A stretch of 64,000 bases of DNA from Rickettsiales bacterium (GCA_031266915.1 JAISAB010000002.1:12738-76737); one strand, 5' to 3'; positions 17,391 to 25,462 are shown, numbered from the stretch's first letter. A program made the numbers and translations. The notes: generated from the letters alone by a model not told the origin.

Positions 17391-18716
17391 CTATTTCCCC
17401 AAACACAGTTGCCCGAACGCCGCATCCGCGATTTCGTCCGCGCCGATGACGCCCAATATCCTGCCGACGGCGTCAGCCGCGGCGCGCGCGTGTTCTGCGA
17501 ATATATCGTAATCGGTAATCGGTAATCGGTAATCCGACAGGGCGGACCGCAATTCATCGGCGGCGGTTTCCAGCAGTCCGCGCGTTCGTTCATTCACGGC
17601 GATGTCGGATTCCGCGCCATCCAGCATCGCGTGCATTTTTTGCTTAATCGCGTCCAGCAGTTCAGGAATACCGTCGCCGGTAAGGGCGGAGGCATGAATG
17701 GATGATGGATGATGGATAATGGATGACGGGTCGATTAAATCGGATTTGTTGATAACAATAATCTCGTTATCTTTGGCCGCTTCATTCAACATTCCACACT
17801 CAACATTCAACACTTTTATAATCAAATCGGCGTTTTCGATTTCCGCATGCGCGCGCTGGATGCCGATGTTTTCAATCGCGTCGTTCGATTCGCGGATGCC
17901 GGCCGTGTCGGACAGATTGACCAGGTATCCGTCTATGTCCAGTTCCGCGTCGACCACGTCGCGCGTCGTTCCGGGAATGTCTGACACGATGGCGCGCGCA
18001 TGGCCGACCAGTCTGTTGAACAAAGACGATTTGCCGACGTTGGTTTCACCCGTAAAAACGATATTGAAACCGCCGCGGACGGCGCGCGCCGCCGCATAGC
18101 CCGATAACGCGCCGCGGATGTCCGCATGCAGTTTCTTTGTTTGCGCAAATAATTTCTCGCCGATGTTTTCCGGCAATTCGTCGGAGGCATAATCCAAAAT
18201 CGCGGCAGCGTACGCGGCGATTTCCACCATTTGGCTGCGCCATGATTCATAGACGGAACTATCGCCGCCCGTCATGGATTTCAGGGCAAGCATGCGCTGG
18301 CGGTCCGTGCGCGCATCCAGCAGCGCCGCCAGGCCATCGACCGCCGGCAAATCCATTTTATTGTTGTAAAAGGCGCGGCGGGAAAACTCGCCGGGCTGGG
18401 CTATGCGCATTCCATGTGTGCGCAGATGTTCGAATATTTTCTCGATAACGGCCGACGCCCCGTGGCAATGGATTTCGACGACGTCTTCGCCGGTGAACGA
18501 ATTCGGCGCGCGAAAATAAATCGCGATAATTTGGTCAATCAAAGCGCCGCTGTCGTCGCGCAGGTCGGTCAGATAGGCATGGCGCGGAATAATGGATGAT
18601 GGATAATGGATGATGGATGACGGGTTGATTTGGCCGCTGATGCGGATGACGGCGACGCCGGATTTTCCCAGGCCCGATGATAATGCAAAGATTGCGTCGC
18701 CGGTTTCTCGGTTCAT
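17391..18716 (-). CDS. mnmE: tRNA modification GTPase MnmE (TrmE), carrying three in-frame heptamer-repeat insertions
   Basis: G-domain GETNVGKSSLFN, DTAGIRE, NKSDL; C-terminal …CLGK. Confidence 0.85.
   Translation of the reverse strand: MNRETGDAIFALSSGLGKSGVAVIRISGQINPSSIIHYPSSIIPRHAYLTDLRDDSGALIDQIIAIYFRAPNSFTGEDVVEIHCHGASAVIEKIFEHLRTHGMRIAQPGEFSRRAFYNNKMDLPAVDGLAALLDARTDRQRMLALKSMTGGDSSVYESWRSQMVEIAAYAAAILDYASDELPENIGEKLFAQTKKLHADIRGALSGYAAARAVRGGFNIVFTGETNVGKSSLFNRLVGHARAIVSDIPGTTRDVVDAELDIDGYLVNLSDTAGIRESNDAIENIGIQRAHAEIENADLIIKVLNVECGMLNEAAKDNEIIVINKSDLIDPSSIIHHPSSIHASALTGDGIPELLDAIKQKMHAMLDGAESDIAVNERTRGLLETAADELRSALSDYRLPITDYDIFAEHARAAADAVGRILGVIGADEIADAAFGQLCLGK
17512..17535. repeat. 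GGTAATC heptamer tandem repeat (×4) inside the mnmE CDS
   Basis: Seen directly; encodes …DYRLPITDYD… without breaking the ORF. Confidence 0.7.
17696..17728. repeat. TGGATGA/TGGATAA heptamer tandem repeat inside the mnmE CDS (encodes PSSIIH-type repeats)
   Basis: Seen directly; related copies at 18592..18621 and 56727..56830. Confidence 0.7.
18592..18621. repeat. Second TGGATGA heptamer repeat tract inside mnmE
   Basis: aatggatgatggataatggatgatggatga. Confidence 0.7.
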
Positions 18717-18717
18717 A

Positions 18718-19302
18718 TCATTTCCCGCTTATTAATTTCAGCGCCATCGGGACCAGTTTCTCGACGCCGGAATCCGGATTGTCGCCGACCAGTTTCTGGG
18801 CGACCTCGACAATGTCCGCCCGTTTATATCCCAATGATTCCAGCGCTGACAACAAATCCGCCAATGCGGAATAATTCGAACCAGTTCCCGATACCTGATA
18901 CCCAGTACCCGTTTTTCCCTTTAATTCCAGAATAATCTTTTCCGCGACCTTTTTGCCTACGCCCGGCGCTGTATGGATTGTCTTGGCGTCGCCGGCGGCG
19001 ATGGCCGTCAGCAAAACGTCCGTTTTCAACGCGCCCAGGATGGCCATCGCGACCTTGGGGCCTACGCCGGACACGGTCGTCAATTGGTTGAATAATTCCT
19101 GGCTTGCCCGCGTCGCGAATCCGAACAGACGGATGGAATCGTCGCGTACAATCGTTTCAATCCACAATGTTGCTGCGGATTTCGGGTCGCCGATTGCCGA
19201 TTTGTCCGGCGTAAAGACCTTGTATCCCACACCGCCGGACGTCATAATAATCACATAATCGTTATCGATGTAGTCAACAATTCCTTGCAATTTGCCAATC
19301 AT
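18718..19302 (-). CDS. ruvA: Holliday junction branch-migration protein RuvA
   Basis: MIGKLQG…; HhH motifs (LTTVSGVGPKVA, IHTAPGVGKKVAEKI). Confidence 0.85.
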   Translation of the reverse strand: MIGKLQGIVDYIDNDYVIIMTSGGVGYKVFTPDKSAIGDPKSAATLWIETIVRDDSIRLFGFATRASQELFNQLTTVSGVGPKVAMAILGALKTDVLLTAIAAGDAKTIHTAPGVGKKVAEKIILELKGKTGTGYQVSGTGSNYSALADLLSALESLGYKRADIVEVAQKLVGDNPDSGVEKLVPMALKLISGK

Positions 19303-19371
19303 TTTGTATCCTTTTGGAAAATCATAGATTATAAATCGTCAGTCAGCAATAAAAAAACGGAGTCTTTTTAC

Positions 19372-20088
19372 ATGTCGGGACATTCAAAATGGCATAACAT
19401 TATGCATAAAAAGGGCGCCGCCGACGCGGCCCGCAGCGGCTTGTTCACCAAACTGGCGCGCGAAATCACCATGGCGGCCAAGCTGGGCGACAAGAACCCT
19501 GACAACAATCCGCGCCTGCGGCTGGCGATTTTAAACGCGCGCAAGAATTCCATGCCGAACGATAATATCAAGCGCGCGATTGACAAGGCCTCGGCTGGCG
19601 GCATGGACAATTATTCGGCCGTTCGGTACGAGGGGTACGGTCCGGGCTCGGTCCCTGTTATAGTCGAGGCGCTGACCGACAACCCGCGCCGCACCGTGCC
19701 GGAAATCCGCAGCATATTCAACAAGAACGGCGGCAGCATGGGCGAGGAAAATTCCGTATCGTTCCTGTTTACCCGCGCGGGCCAGATTTTCTATGCGCCG
19801 AATGCGGCGGCGAATCCCGACGACATGATGATGGCCGTGATGGAGGCCGGCGGCGACGATGTCGAATCGTCCGAAGACGGATATATCGTAACGACCAAGC
19901 CGGACGATTTCATGGCCGTTCAAAAGGCGCTGGCGGACAAGCTGGGCGACCCCGAGCGGGCCGAGCTGACCTGGATTCCGAACATGCCGGTCGATTTGGA
20001 CGACGAAACGTACGCGCGGCTGGAGAAACTGGTGGACTTGCTGTCTGATAACGACGATGTACAAAAGGTAATAACGGCAGCGGCGTAA
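19372..20088 (+). CDS. yebC: YebC/PmpR-family transcriptional regulator
   Basis: MSGHSKWHNIMHKKG… canonical N-terminus; start ATG at 19372. Confidence 0.85.
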   Translation: MSGHSKWHNIMHKKGAADAARSGLFTKLAREITMAAKLGDKNPDNNPRLRLAILNARKNSMPNDNIKRAIDKASAGGMDNYSAVRYEGYGPGSVPVIVEALTDNPRRTVPEIRSIFNKNGGSMGEENSVSFLFTRAGQIFYAPNAAANPDDMMMAVMEAGGDDVESSEDGYIVTTKPDDFMAVQKALADKLGDPERAELTWIPNMPVDLDDETYARLEKLVDLLSDNDDVQKVITAAA

Positions 20089-20210
20089 AATTAAATTCTA
20101 TGGATGTCTGCTTGCATTAACCGTCGGGTCGTGTACGTCTTTGTACACTCCCCTTTGGTTAATGCGGCGCATTCATCTCATATAAATTTAATTTTTTAAA
20201 ATATAAAAAA
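20088..20210 (+). repeat. Post-stop element family B copy (terminal inverted repeat AAATTAAATTCTATGG…CTCATATAAATTTAATTTTTT; stem gcattaacc/ggttaatgc; core CGTGTAC-N6-GTACAC)
   Basis: Seen directly; begins at the yebC stop. Confidence 0.7.
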
Positions 20211-20220
20211 AGGTGTATCA

Positions 20221-20628
20221 ATGAAAATAGTGCAAAAAATAACAGACAAACTGTTTACAGCCGGTGGAAGAATCATATTACCGCCAAGGCGGACCGACCC
20301 GAACAAGCCGACCGACACACAAGCCATGTACGAAGACCAATACGGCCGGGATATTACGGCGGCTTTGGATTCGCACCACAATCTGGACGCCGCGGGCGCT
20401 GTCGGCGAAGCTGTCAGGATATACACCGGCGGTTACAAATTGACGGACAAACGGCGCGATGTGTTTCCGTTCTATATCCTGTCGCCAAGCAGATTGAATT
20501 TTGGCAATCAGGATATTACGGACCGGGTCACGCAGAATTTTATAACTGAAAAATATGCCGAAGTAATTAACAGCGCCGCATATAGGTTTCGCGTAAGCCT
20601 TGGTCAGAATACCAGGGAAGGCCGATAG
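20221..20628 (+). CDS. Hypothetical protein (135 aa)
   Basis: Shine-Dalgarno aaggtg; intact ORF between yebC and ruvC; no recognised domain. Confidence 0.4.
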   Translation: MKIVQKITDKLFTAGGRIILPPRRTDPNKPTDTQAMYEDQYGRDITAALDSHHNLDAAGAVGEAVRIYTGGYKLTDKRRDVFPFYILSPSRLNFGNQDITDRVTQNFITEKYAEVINSAAYRFRVSLGQNTREGR

Positions 20629-20638
20629 GGGTTATGAT

Positions 20639-21124
20639 ATGACGCGCATTTTGGGGATTGACCCCGGGCTTTTGCACACGGGATGGTCTGTGATTGATTC
20701 GGCCGGCAACGCGCGGGCCTATGTCGCCAGCGGCGTGATTCTGCCGCCAAAGACCGAGGAGCTGGCCGTGCGCCTGGCATTTATTTTCCGCGAAGTGTCG
20801 AAATTGCTGGATATATGGAAACCTGACGAATGCTCGGTCGAAATCATATTTGTGAACAAGAATCCGAAAACGACGCTGGTTCTGGGCCAGGCGCGCGCGG
20901 CCGCGCTGATTGCCGTCGCGGACAAGGTTATCCCGGTTTTCGAGTACGAGCCGAACAAGATAAAAAAAGCGCTGAGCGGCGCGGGCCACGCCGACAAGGA
21001 ACAGATTTATAAAATGGTGAAGCTGCTGCTGCCGGTGGCCAATCCGAAAACGTCGGACGAAAGCGACGCGATTGCCATCGCGCTGGCGCATAGTAATATG
21101 AGCAGGGTAATAGTTAGTAAATAG
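20639..21124 (+). CDS. ruvC: Crossover junction endodeoxyribonuclease RuvC
   Basis: MTRILGIDPGLLHTGWSV…; catalytic D/E pattern; …AIAIALAH… C-terminal motif. Confidence 0.85.
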   Translation: MTRILGIDPGLLHTGWSVIDSAGNARAYVASGVILPPKTEELAVRLAFIFREVSKLLDIWKPDECSVEIIFVNKNPKTTLVLGQARAAALIAVADKVIPVFEYEPNKIKKALSGAGHADKEQIYKMVKLLLPVANPKTSDESDAIAIALAHSNMSRVIVSK

Positions 21125-21212
21125 TGATTAGTGCTTAGTTGATAGTGCATAGTTAATTAGTTCACTAATCACTATAAACTATTCACTATACACTACCAAC
21201 TATTTGTTTTTC
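21104..21212. repeat. TAGTNNN-heptad hairpin element between convergent ruvC and the 21211 gene
   Basis: tagtgat tagtgct tagttga tagtgca tagttaa … cactaat cactata aactatt cactata. Confidence 0.7.
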
Positions 21213-21609
21213 AGTTTCCGCACAGCGTGTGCGTGCCGGACGAATCGCGGACCTGGATGCATCCGTTTTGAAACCATATCTTTGCGCGTCCGGCCGGGGC
21301 CGCGGCCGATGGTTCCGATGTCTTGACGGTGTCGAAACGCGCGTCGTCGCCGGCCGCGACGGTGCCTGTATCCGTACCGACGGGAATCCGCGCGATACCT
21401 AATGTTCCACTTGTTATATTCGCCGCATTCGTCTGGTCCAAGTTCTGAACGTTACCGAGGCCGACCTGGGCCGCCGTCACGTTATGCGGATTGTCAGTTC
21501 GCGCGGTGTGCGCGTCGACATAGCTCTTGCCGGCAATTTCCGCCAATGCCGGCGTCGCGGCAAAAAAACATAATAAAAACATAATTCGTTTTTTCATATT
21601 CACAGCCAT
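21211..21609 (-). CDS. Secreted tail-fibre-like protein, short paralog (signal peptide + 'EIAGKSYVD…DNPHNVTAAQVGLGNVQN…' N-module + small Cys C-terminus)
   Basis: N-module about 80% nucleotide-identical to the start of the upstream gene 21600..22475; motifs recalled from phage tail-fibre N-terminal domains. Confidence 0.55.
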   Translation of the reverse strand: MAVNMKKRIMFLLCFFAATPALAEIAGKSYVDAHTARTDNPHNVTAAQVGLGNVQNLDQTNAANITSGTLGIARIPVGTDTGTVAAGDDARFDTVKTSEPSAAAPAGRAKIWFQNGCIQVRDSSGTHTLCGN

Positions 21610-22475
21610 ATGTCCGACAGCATATTTATCATGTCGCCGCCGGACAGGTAATAGACTTCGTCATTGCAGCTGTTGACGCAATTGGTATAGCTGTTGCCGC
21701 CAAGCTGGTTCCAGTTTGAATTTGTCGGGTAATACCATCGGGACGTGCGGCCGTATTTGTCCGTTGCGCGAATCCAGCAATATCTGCGGGCGTGGTATTC
21801 CATAGTCTGGTCAATCGCGACTTCTTCGATAACGCGTCCGGTGCCGCCGGGCCGCGTGGTCGACGAGCATGTCGCGACCAGGAAAAATTTCTGGCCCAGA
21901 TGCGCCGCCAGCGCCCCGGCGCACAAATTCGACGTGCAGCTTTTGCCGCAATACTCGCCCCGATACAAACTAACGCTTACCAAGGTCCCGTTCGGCCCCA
22001 TTACCAATCCGGCGGTTTCGCCCGCGACGCCGCACATCAGTCCCAGCTCGTGTTTGCTGACGTAATCGACCGGCTGTCCGGCGCCGTTTTCGCACAGGGC
22101 GGGGGTCGTCACGCCGCCGCTGCGAACATAAAGGCATCCGTTTTCATACCATACCTTATCGCGGCCGTCGGCGGGAAGGCGCCAGGGCTCGGCCAATTCG
22201 ACGGTGTCGAACCGTGCGTCGTCGCCGGCCAAGACAGTGTTTTCATTTGTTCCAATGGGAATTCGCGCGGCATCCAATATGCCGGCGGTTATGTTCGCCG
22301 CGTTCGTCTGGTCCAAATTCTGGACGTTTCCCAGACCGACTTGGGTCGCCGTCACGCTATGCGGATTATCCGTGCGCGCGGCGTGCGCGTCGATGTACGC
22401 GTTGCCGGCGACATCAGCCCTGGCGTTTGCAACGCATGCGATTATGCAAATAAGACCGGCGGCGATGGATTTCAT
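21600..22475 (-). CDS. Secreted tail-fibre-like protein with Cys-rich C-terminal domain (long paralog)
   Basis: Signal peptide MKSIAAGLICIIACVANARA; same N-module as 21211; ATG at 22475 chosen (ORF tool start 22505 is GTG). Confidence 0.6.
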   Translation of the reverse strand: MKSIAAGLICIIACVANARADVAGNAYIDAHAARTDNPHSVTATQVGLGNVQNLDQTNAANITAGILDAARIPIGTNENTVLAGDDARFDTVELAEPWRLPADGRDKVWYENGCLYVRSGGVTTPALCENGAGQPVDYVSKHELGLMCGVAGETAGLVMGPNGTLVSVSLYRGEYCGKSCTSNLCAGALAAHLGQKFFLVATCSSTTRPGGTGRVIEEVAIDQTMEYHARRYCWIRATDKYGRTSRWYYPTNSNWNQLGGNSYTNCVNSCNDEVYYLSGGDMINMLSDIWL

Positions 22476-22665
22476 TTTTAACCTGTTTGACACAAAGCCA
22501 CCCACAGCGAACGCAAGGGTGGTTGGAGGTTAAAGACTATAATTTTCAGAAAATAGCGGGCTTATTCGATATATTCGCCGCCCTCCAACCGATGGTTGGA
22601 GGTTTTTATCGTCCCCGCGGACGCTGAAAATTAAGAGGTCTTTACGCCCCGCCGCAGGCCTTTGC
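22476..22665 (-). promoter_or_regulatory. Conserved structured 5' leader, subtype 1 (as 11696..11872)
   Basis: Hairpin AACCTCCAACC-atc-GGTTGGAGG; linker CGAATATATCGAATAAGC; AACCTCCAACC; hairpin CCACCC-N-GGGTGG; shared distal module cgtccccgcggacgctga…agaggtc. Confidence 0.65.
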
Positions 22666-22719
22666 CGCCCGCGACAAATATAGTTTAGCAAAAACGAGAA
22701 TGTAAATCAATAGGTTCGT

Positions 22720-22835
22720 GAAACCGTGATACGTGACACGAAATACGTAATACGAAATTGGCACAATAATGATTATATCGCACGATTTACGTATCACGAG
22801 TCACGTATTTCGTATTACGGCCTGCCGGATTCCTT
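22720..22835. repeat. Inverted repeat built from CGTGATA/CGTAATA-type heptads (about 30-bp arms, about 40-bp spacer)
   Basis: cgtgatacgtgacacgaaatacgtaatacg … cgtatcacgagtcacgtatttcgtattacg. Confidence 0.6.
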
Positions 22836-22919
22836 TCCTGTGATTTTCCCCTGCGCGTTTTGATAAAATACCAGGGTCATGACTCAATGACTTCAAACGC
22901 ATAACCAAAAGGATTCATT

Positions 22920-23216
22920 ATGAAAGATATGCCAAAAGACCAAATGGAACGCATCATGCACAAGTTGTATCACAAACGCAACTTTCTGCTGCGCGCGTTC
23001 GTAATCAACCTGGTTCTGATAATAGCGGTGTGGGGACTGTCCATGACGGATTTCTATGCGAATATGGCGGGACACTTTATGCACTGTCCGGCGGCGCAGG
23101 CGGAAACGTATACCATGGATTTGCTGGGCGCGTGGAAAATCGCGGGCGTTCTGTTCTTCCTGGTGCCTGCGCTGGCCGCATGGTGGGAACTGCATGCATG
23201 CCGGAAACGCCAATAG
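22920..23216 (+). CDS. Small hypothetical membrane protein (2 transmembrane helices)
   Basis: Two hydrophobic helices; intact ORF with upstream AT-rich promoter region. Confidence 0.45.
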   Translation: MKDMPKDQMERIMHKLYHKRNFLLRAFVINLVLIIAVWGLSMTDFYANMAGHFMHCPAAQAETYTMDLLGAWKIAGVLFFLVPALAAWWELHACRKRQ

Positions 23217-23312
23217 TTATTAGTGCATAGTGATTAGTGCTTAGTTTATAGTACATAGTTAAAATTTACTAAACACTAAGCACTATAAACTATGCACTAC
23301 TCACTAATGACT
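23214..23312. repeat. TAGTNNN-heptad hairpin element (7 heptads per arm) between convergent genes
   Basis: tagttat tagtgca tagtgat tagtgct tagttta tagtaca tagttaa | tactaaa cactaag cactata aactatg cactact cactaat gactatt. Confidence 0.75.
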
Positions 23313-23637
23313 ATTTTCTTATCGTCACCTTTGCCACGGCGTCATAGCCGAAGTATTTGTTTATCTTTGCCGCGATGTCGTCTTTCATATAGGATAATTG
23401 CAGCGCGAACGCCGGATTCGCGGCGCGCACGGCGATATTGAATTTCTTGTCGCGGGTCTTGGTTATCGCGGCCAGCCGCGCAATCGACGCGATGTCGCCG
23501 CCCATGATTTCATCCCAGCGATTGCTCAAATCAGCGTCTGATGCGCGGACGCCGAACAGCCGCATCAATCCCCCGAACGTCGACGCGATGGTCTGGGGGC
23601 GGGCAGTGCGTTTGTTAAGATTAACAGGATTGGCCAT
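23311..23637 (-). CDS. DUF721/DciA-like protein (putative helicase-loader family)
   Basis: …RWDEIMGGDIASIARLAAI…FNIAVRAANPAFALQLSYMKDDIAAKINKYFG…VKVTIRK fits the DUF721 pattern. Confidence 0.5.
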   Translation of the reverse strand: MANPVNLNKRTARPQTIASTFGGLMRLFGVRASDADLSNRWDEIMGGDIASIARLAAITKTRDKKFNIAVRAANPAFALQLSYMKDDIAAKINKYFGYDAVAKVTIRK

Positions 23638-23645
23638 TGTTGAAC

Positions 23646-23740
23646 CATTAGTTTATAGTGATTAGTGCTTAGTTTATAGTGCATAGTTAAATAGCTTACT
23701 AATCACTAAGCACTATTCACTATACACTACAAACTAGTGT
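23646..23740. repeat. TAGTNNN-heptad hairpin element between dciA-like gene and mltA
   Basis: tagtttatagtgattagtgcttagtttatagtgcatagtt … aatcactaagcactattcactatacactacaaactag. Confidence 0.7.
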
Positions 23741-24832
23741 CTAGTAAGGTTTCACATACACGTATTCTTTGGGCATCAGGATGTACATCTCGCCCTGGGA
23801 ATGCTGGCCTTGGGCGTATTTGTACGCGTCGTCGCCCTTGCCGAAGAATATGTCCGCGCGTATCCAGCCGCGGATGGCGCTGCCGGTGTCTTGGGCAATC
23901 ATCAGCCGGCGGAACTTGCGCCCGTCGGATAGGTTCGTGTTGACATATACGGGCAGCCCCAGCGTATACAGCGAATCGTCCATCGCGATGCTGCGGATTT
24001 TCGACAGCGGCGTGCCGATTTTGCCAATCACGTCCGGCGGCACCGACACATAGAAATACACATAGCGCGGATTGTTGTAAATAACCTCGCGCGCAAGCGC
24101 CGGGTTCTGGCGTAGATGCTGCCATACGGCCTCGGACGAATATCCGTTTGCCGGGCGGATGTTTTTCGCCTTCAGCTGTTCCCCAATCGATTTGAACGGC
24201 ATGTCGTTCACGGCCGCGAAGTTCAATTTGACCAGGGTGCCGTCTTCCAGCTGCAGCATGCCGCTGCCTTGGATTTGGATGTTCTGAACATCGACAATGT
24301 TCGCCCAGTACAGAACTTTGCCGATTTGGTTGTTCACGATTGTCTTCTTGTCCACGCCTTTGTACGCTCGCCCGTCAGTCGGAATGCCCATCAGGGGTTC
24401 GTTATACTGTGTGCTTTTGCTTTTCGAGGCAGGGATAATCGGCGAATAATATCCTGTGTATGTTCCTTTGTCTTTGCCGGCATCGTCATGGATTTTATAC
24501 GGCTGGAAGTGCGATTCGAACCAAGCGCGCACGGTCGCGGTGTCCGCGGACGCCGCGGGCAGCATTTTGCACTTTTCTTCGAACAGCGCCGCGTCAGGCA
24601 CGACCCGGCCGACATATTGGATGCGGGCCTTGCAGCTGTTGCGGAACGACTGCAGGGCGTATCGGACGTCATCCTCGCGCCAGCCGGGCAGCTGCGAGTA
24701 CGAAACCGCGCGCAGATTGGACGGCACGGTCGACCGGTTGCCTGTATGATGTGTCGGGCTCGGCGCAGGCCCGCTTAAATCGCAAGATGCCAAAAACAGG
24801 CATAGCACGCCAAGTATCGATATTTTTTTCAT
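23741..24832 (-). CDS. mltA: Membrane-bound lytic murein transglycosylase A (MltA-like lipoprotein)
   Basis: Lipobox LFLASC; MltA/3D-domain motifs (…QDTGSAIRG…); size about 360 aa. Confidence 0.7.
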   Translation of the reverse strand: MKKISILGVLCLFLASCDLSGPAPSPTHHTGNRSTVPSNLRAVSYSQLPGWREDDVRYALQSFRNSCKARIQYVGRVVPDAALFEEKCKMLPAASADTATVRAWFESHFQPYKIHDDAGKDKGTYTGYYSPIIPASKSKSTQYNEPLMGIPTDGRAYKGVDKKTIVNNQIGKVLYWANIVDVQNIQIQGSGMLQLEDGTLVKLNFAAVNDMPFKSIGEQLKAKNIRPANGYSSEAVWQHLRQNPALAREVIYNNPRYVYFYVSVPPDVIGKIGTPLSKIRSIAMDDSLYTLGLPVYVNTNLSDGRKFRRLMIAQDTGSAIRGWIRADIFFGKGDDAYKYAQGQHSQGEMYILMPKEYVYVKPY

Positions 24833-24899
24833 AAATTTTAATCCTTGCTTGAAAAATATTGTGTTTGTACTATAATATCATAAAACAGGAGTAAAAATA

Positions 24900-25331
24900 A
24901 TGCCAAAATTTAACATCATTCAGCAATTCTTGAGAGACATCTCGTTCGAGAGCCCGAATGTTCCGGAATTGTTCTTCAAACAAGACAACGGCAACGCCAA
25001 GCTGGAAATCAGCATCGACGTTCAAATCAAGGGCGCCGAGAACAATCTGTTCATGGTCGATTTGATTACCAAGGTTCATTCCAAGCTGGAGGCGGACGGC
25101 AAAACGATTTTCCTGATTGAATCCAGCTATGCGGGCCTGGTTCAGATGGAAGAGGAAAAGGACGAGGAAGTCAAAAAGCGCACCTTGCTGATTGATATTC
25201 CGAAGATGCTGTTTCCATCCGTGCGTGCGCTGGTCGCCAGACTGACGTCCGAATCTGGATTTCCGACGTTCGCGATGCAGCCGGTTGATTTCCAGGCGCT
25301 GTATGAAGAAAAGCAGAAGCAGGGACAATAA
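24900..25331 (+). CDS. secB: Protein-export chaperone SecB
   Basis: MPKFNIIQQFLRDISFESPN… typical SecB N-terminus and acidic C-terminal tail. Confidence 0.85.
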   Translation: MPKFNIIQQFLRDISFESPNVPELFFKQDNGNAKLEISIDVQIKGAENNLFMVDLITKVHSKLEADGKTIFLIESSYAGLVQMEEEKDEEVKKRTLLIDIPKMLFPSVRALVARLTSESGFPTFAMQPVDFQALYEEKQKQGQ

Positions 25332-25437
25332 ATCAAATTCTGCGGGTTCTTGTCGCGTTTGCTGATTCTCATGTACGTTATGTACACTTCGAATCATCAA
25401 ACACTTCCAATAACCTCGCATAATTTGATTTCTTAAA
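25329..25437 (+). repeat. Post-stop element family B copy after secB (core TCATGTAC-GTTATG-TACACT; stem gtttgctgattc/gaatcatcaaac)
   Basis: Seen directly. Confidence 0.65.
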
Positions 25438-25462
25438 AAAACCGGCGAAAGCCGGTTTTTTA
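25434..25462. terminator. Bidirectional Rho-independent terminator (aaaaaaaccggcgaaagccggtttttt)
   Basis: Perfect hairpin flanked by A- and T-runs. Confidence 0.8.

Noticed and set aside
17391-18716. Frameshift or pseudogene status of mnmE because of the internal heptamer repeats
   Set aside because: The ORF remains continuous through all three tracts, and all the GTPase motifs are intact.
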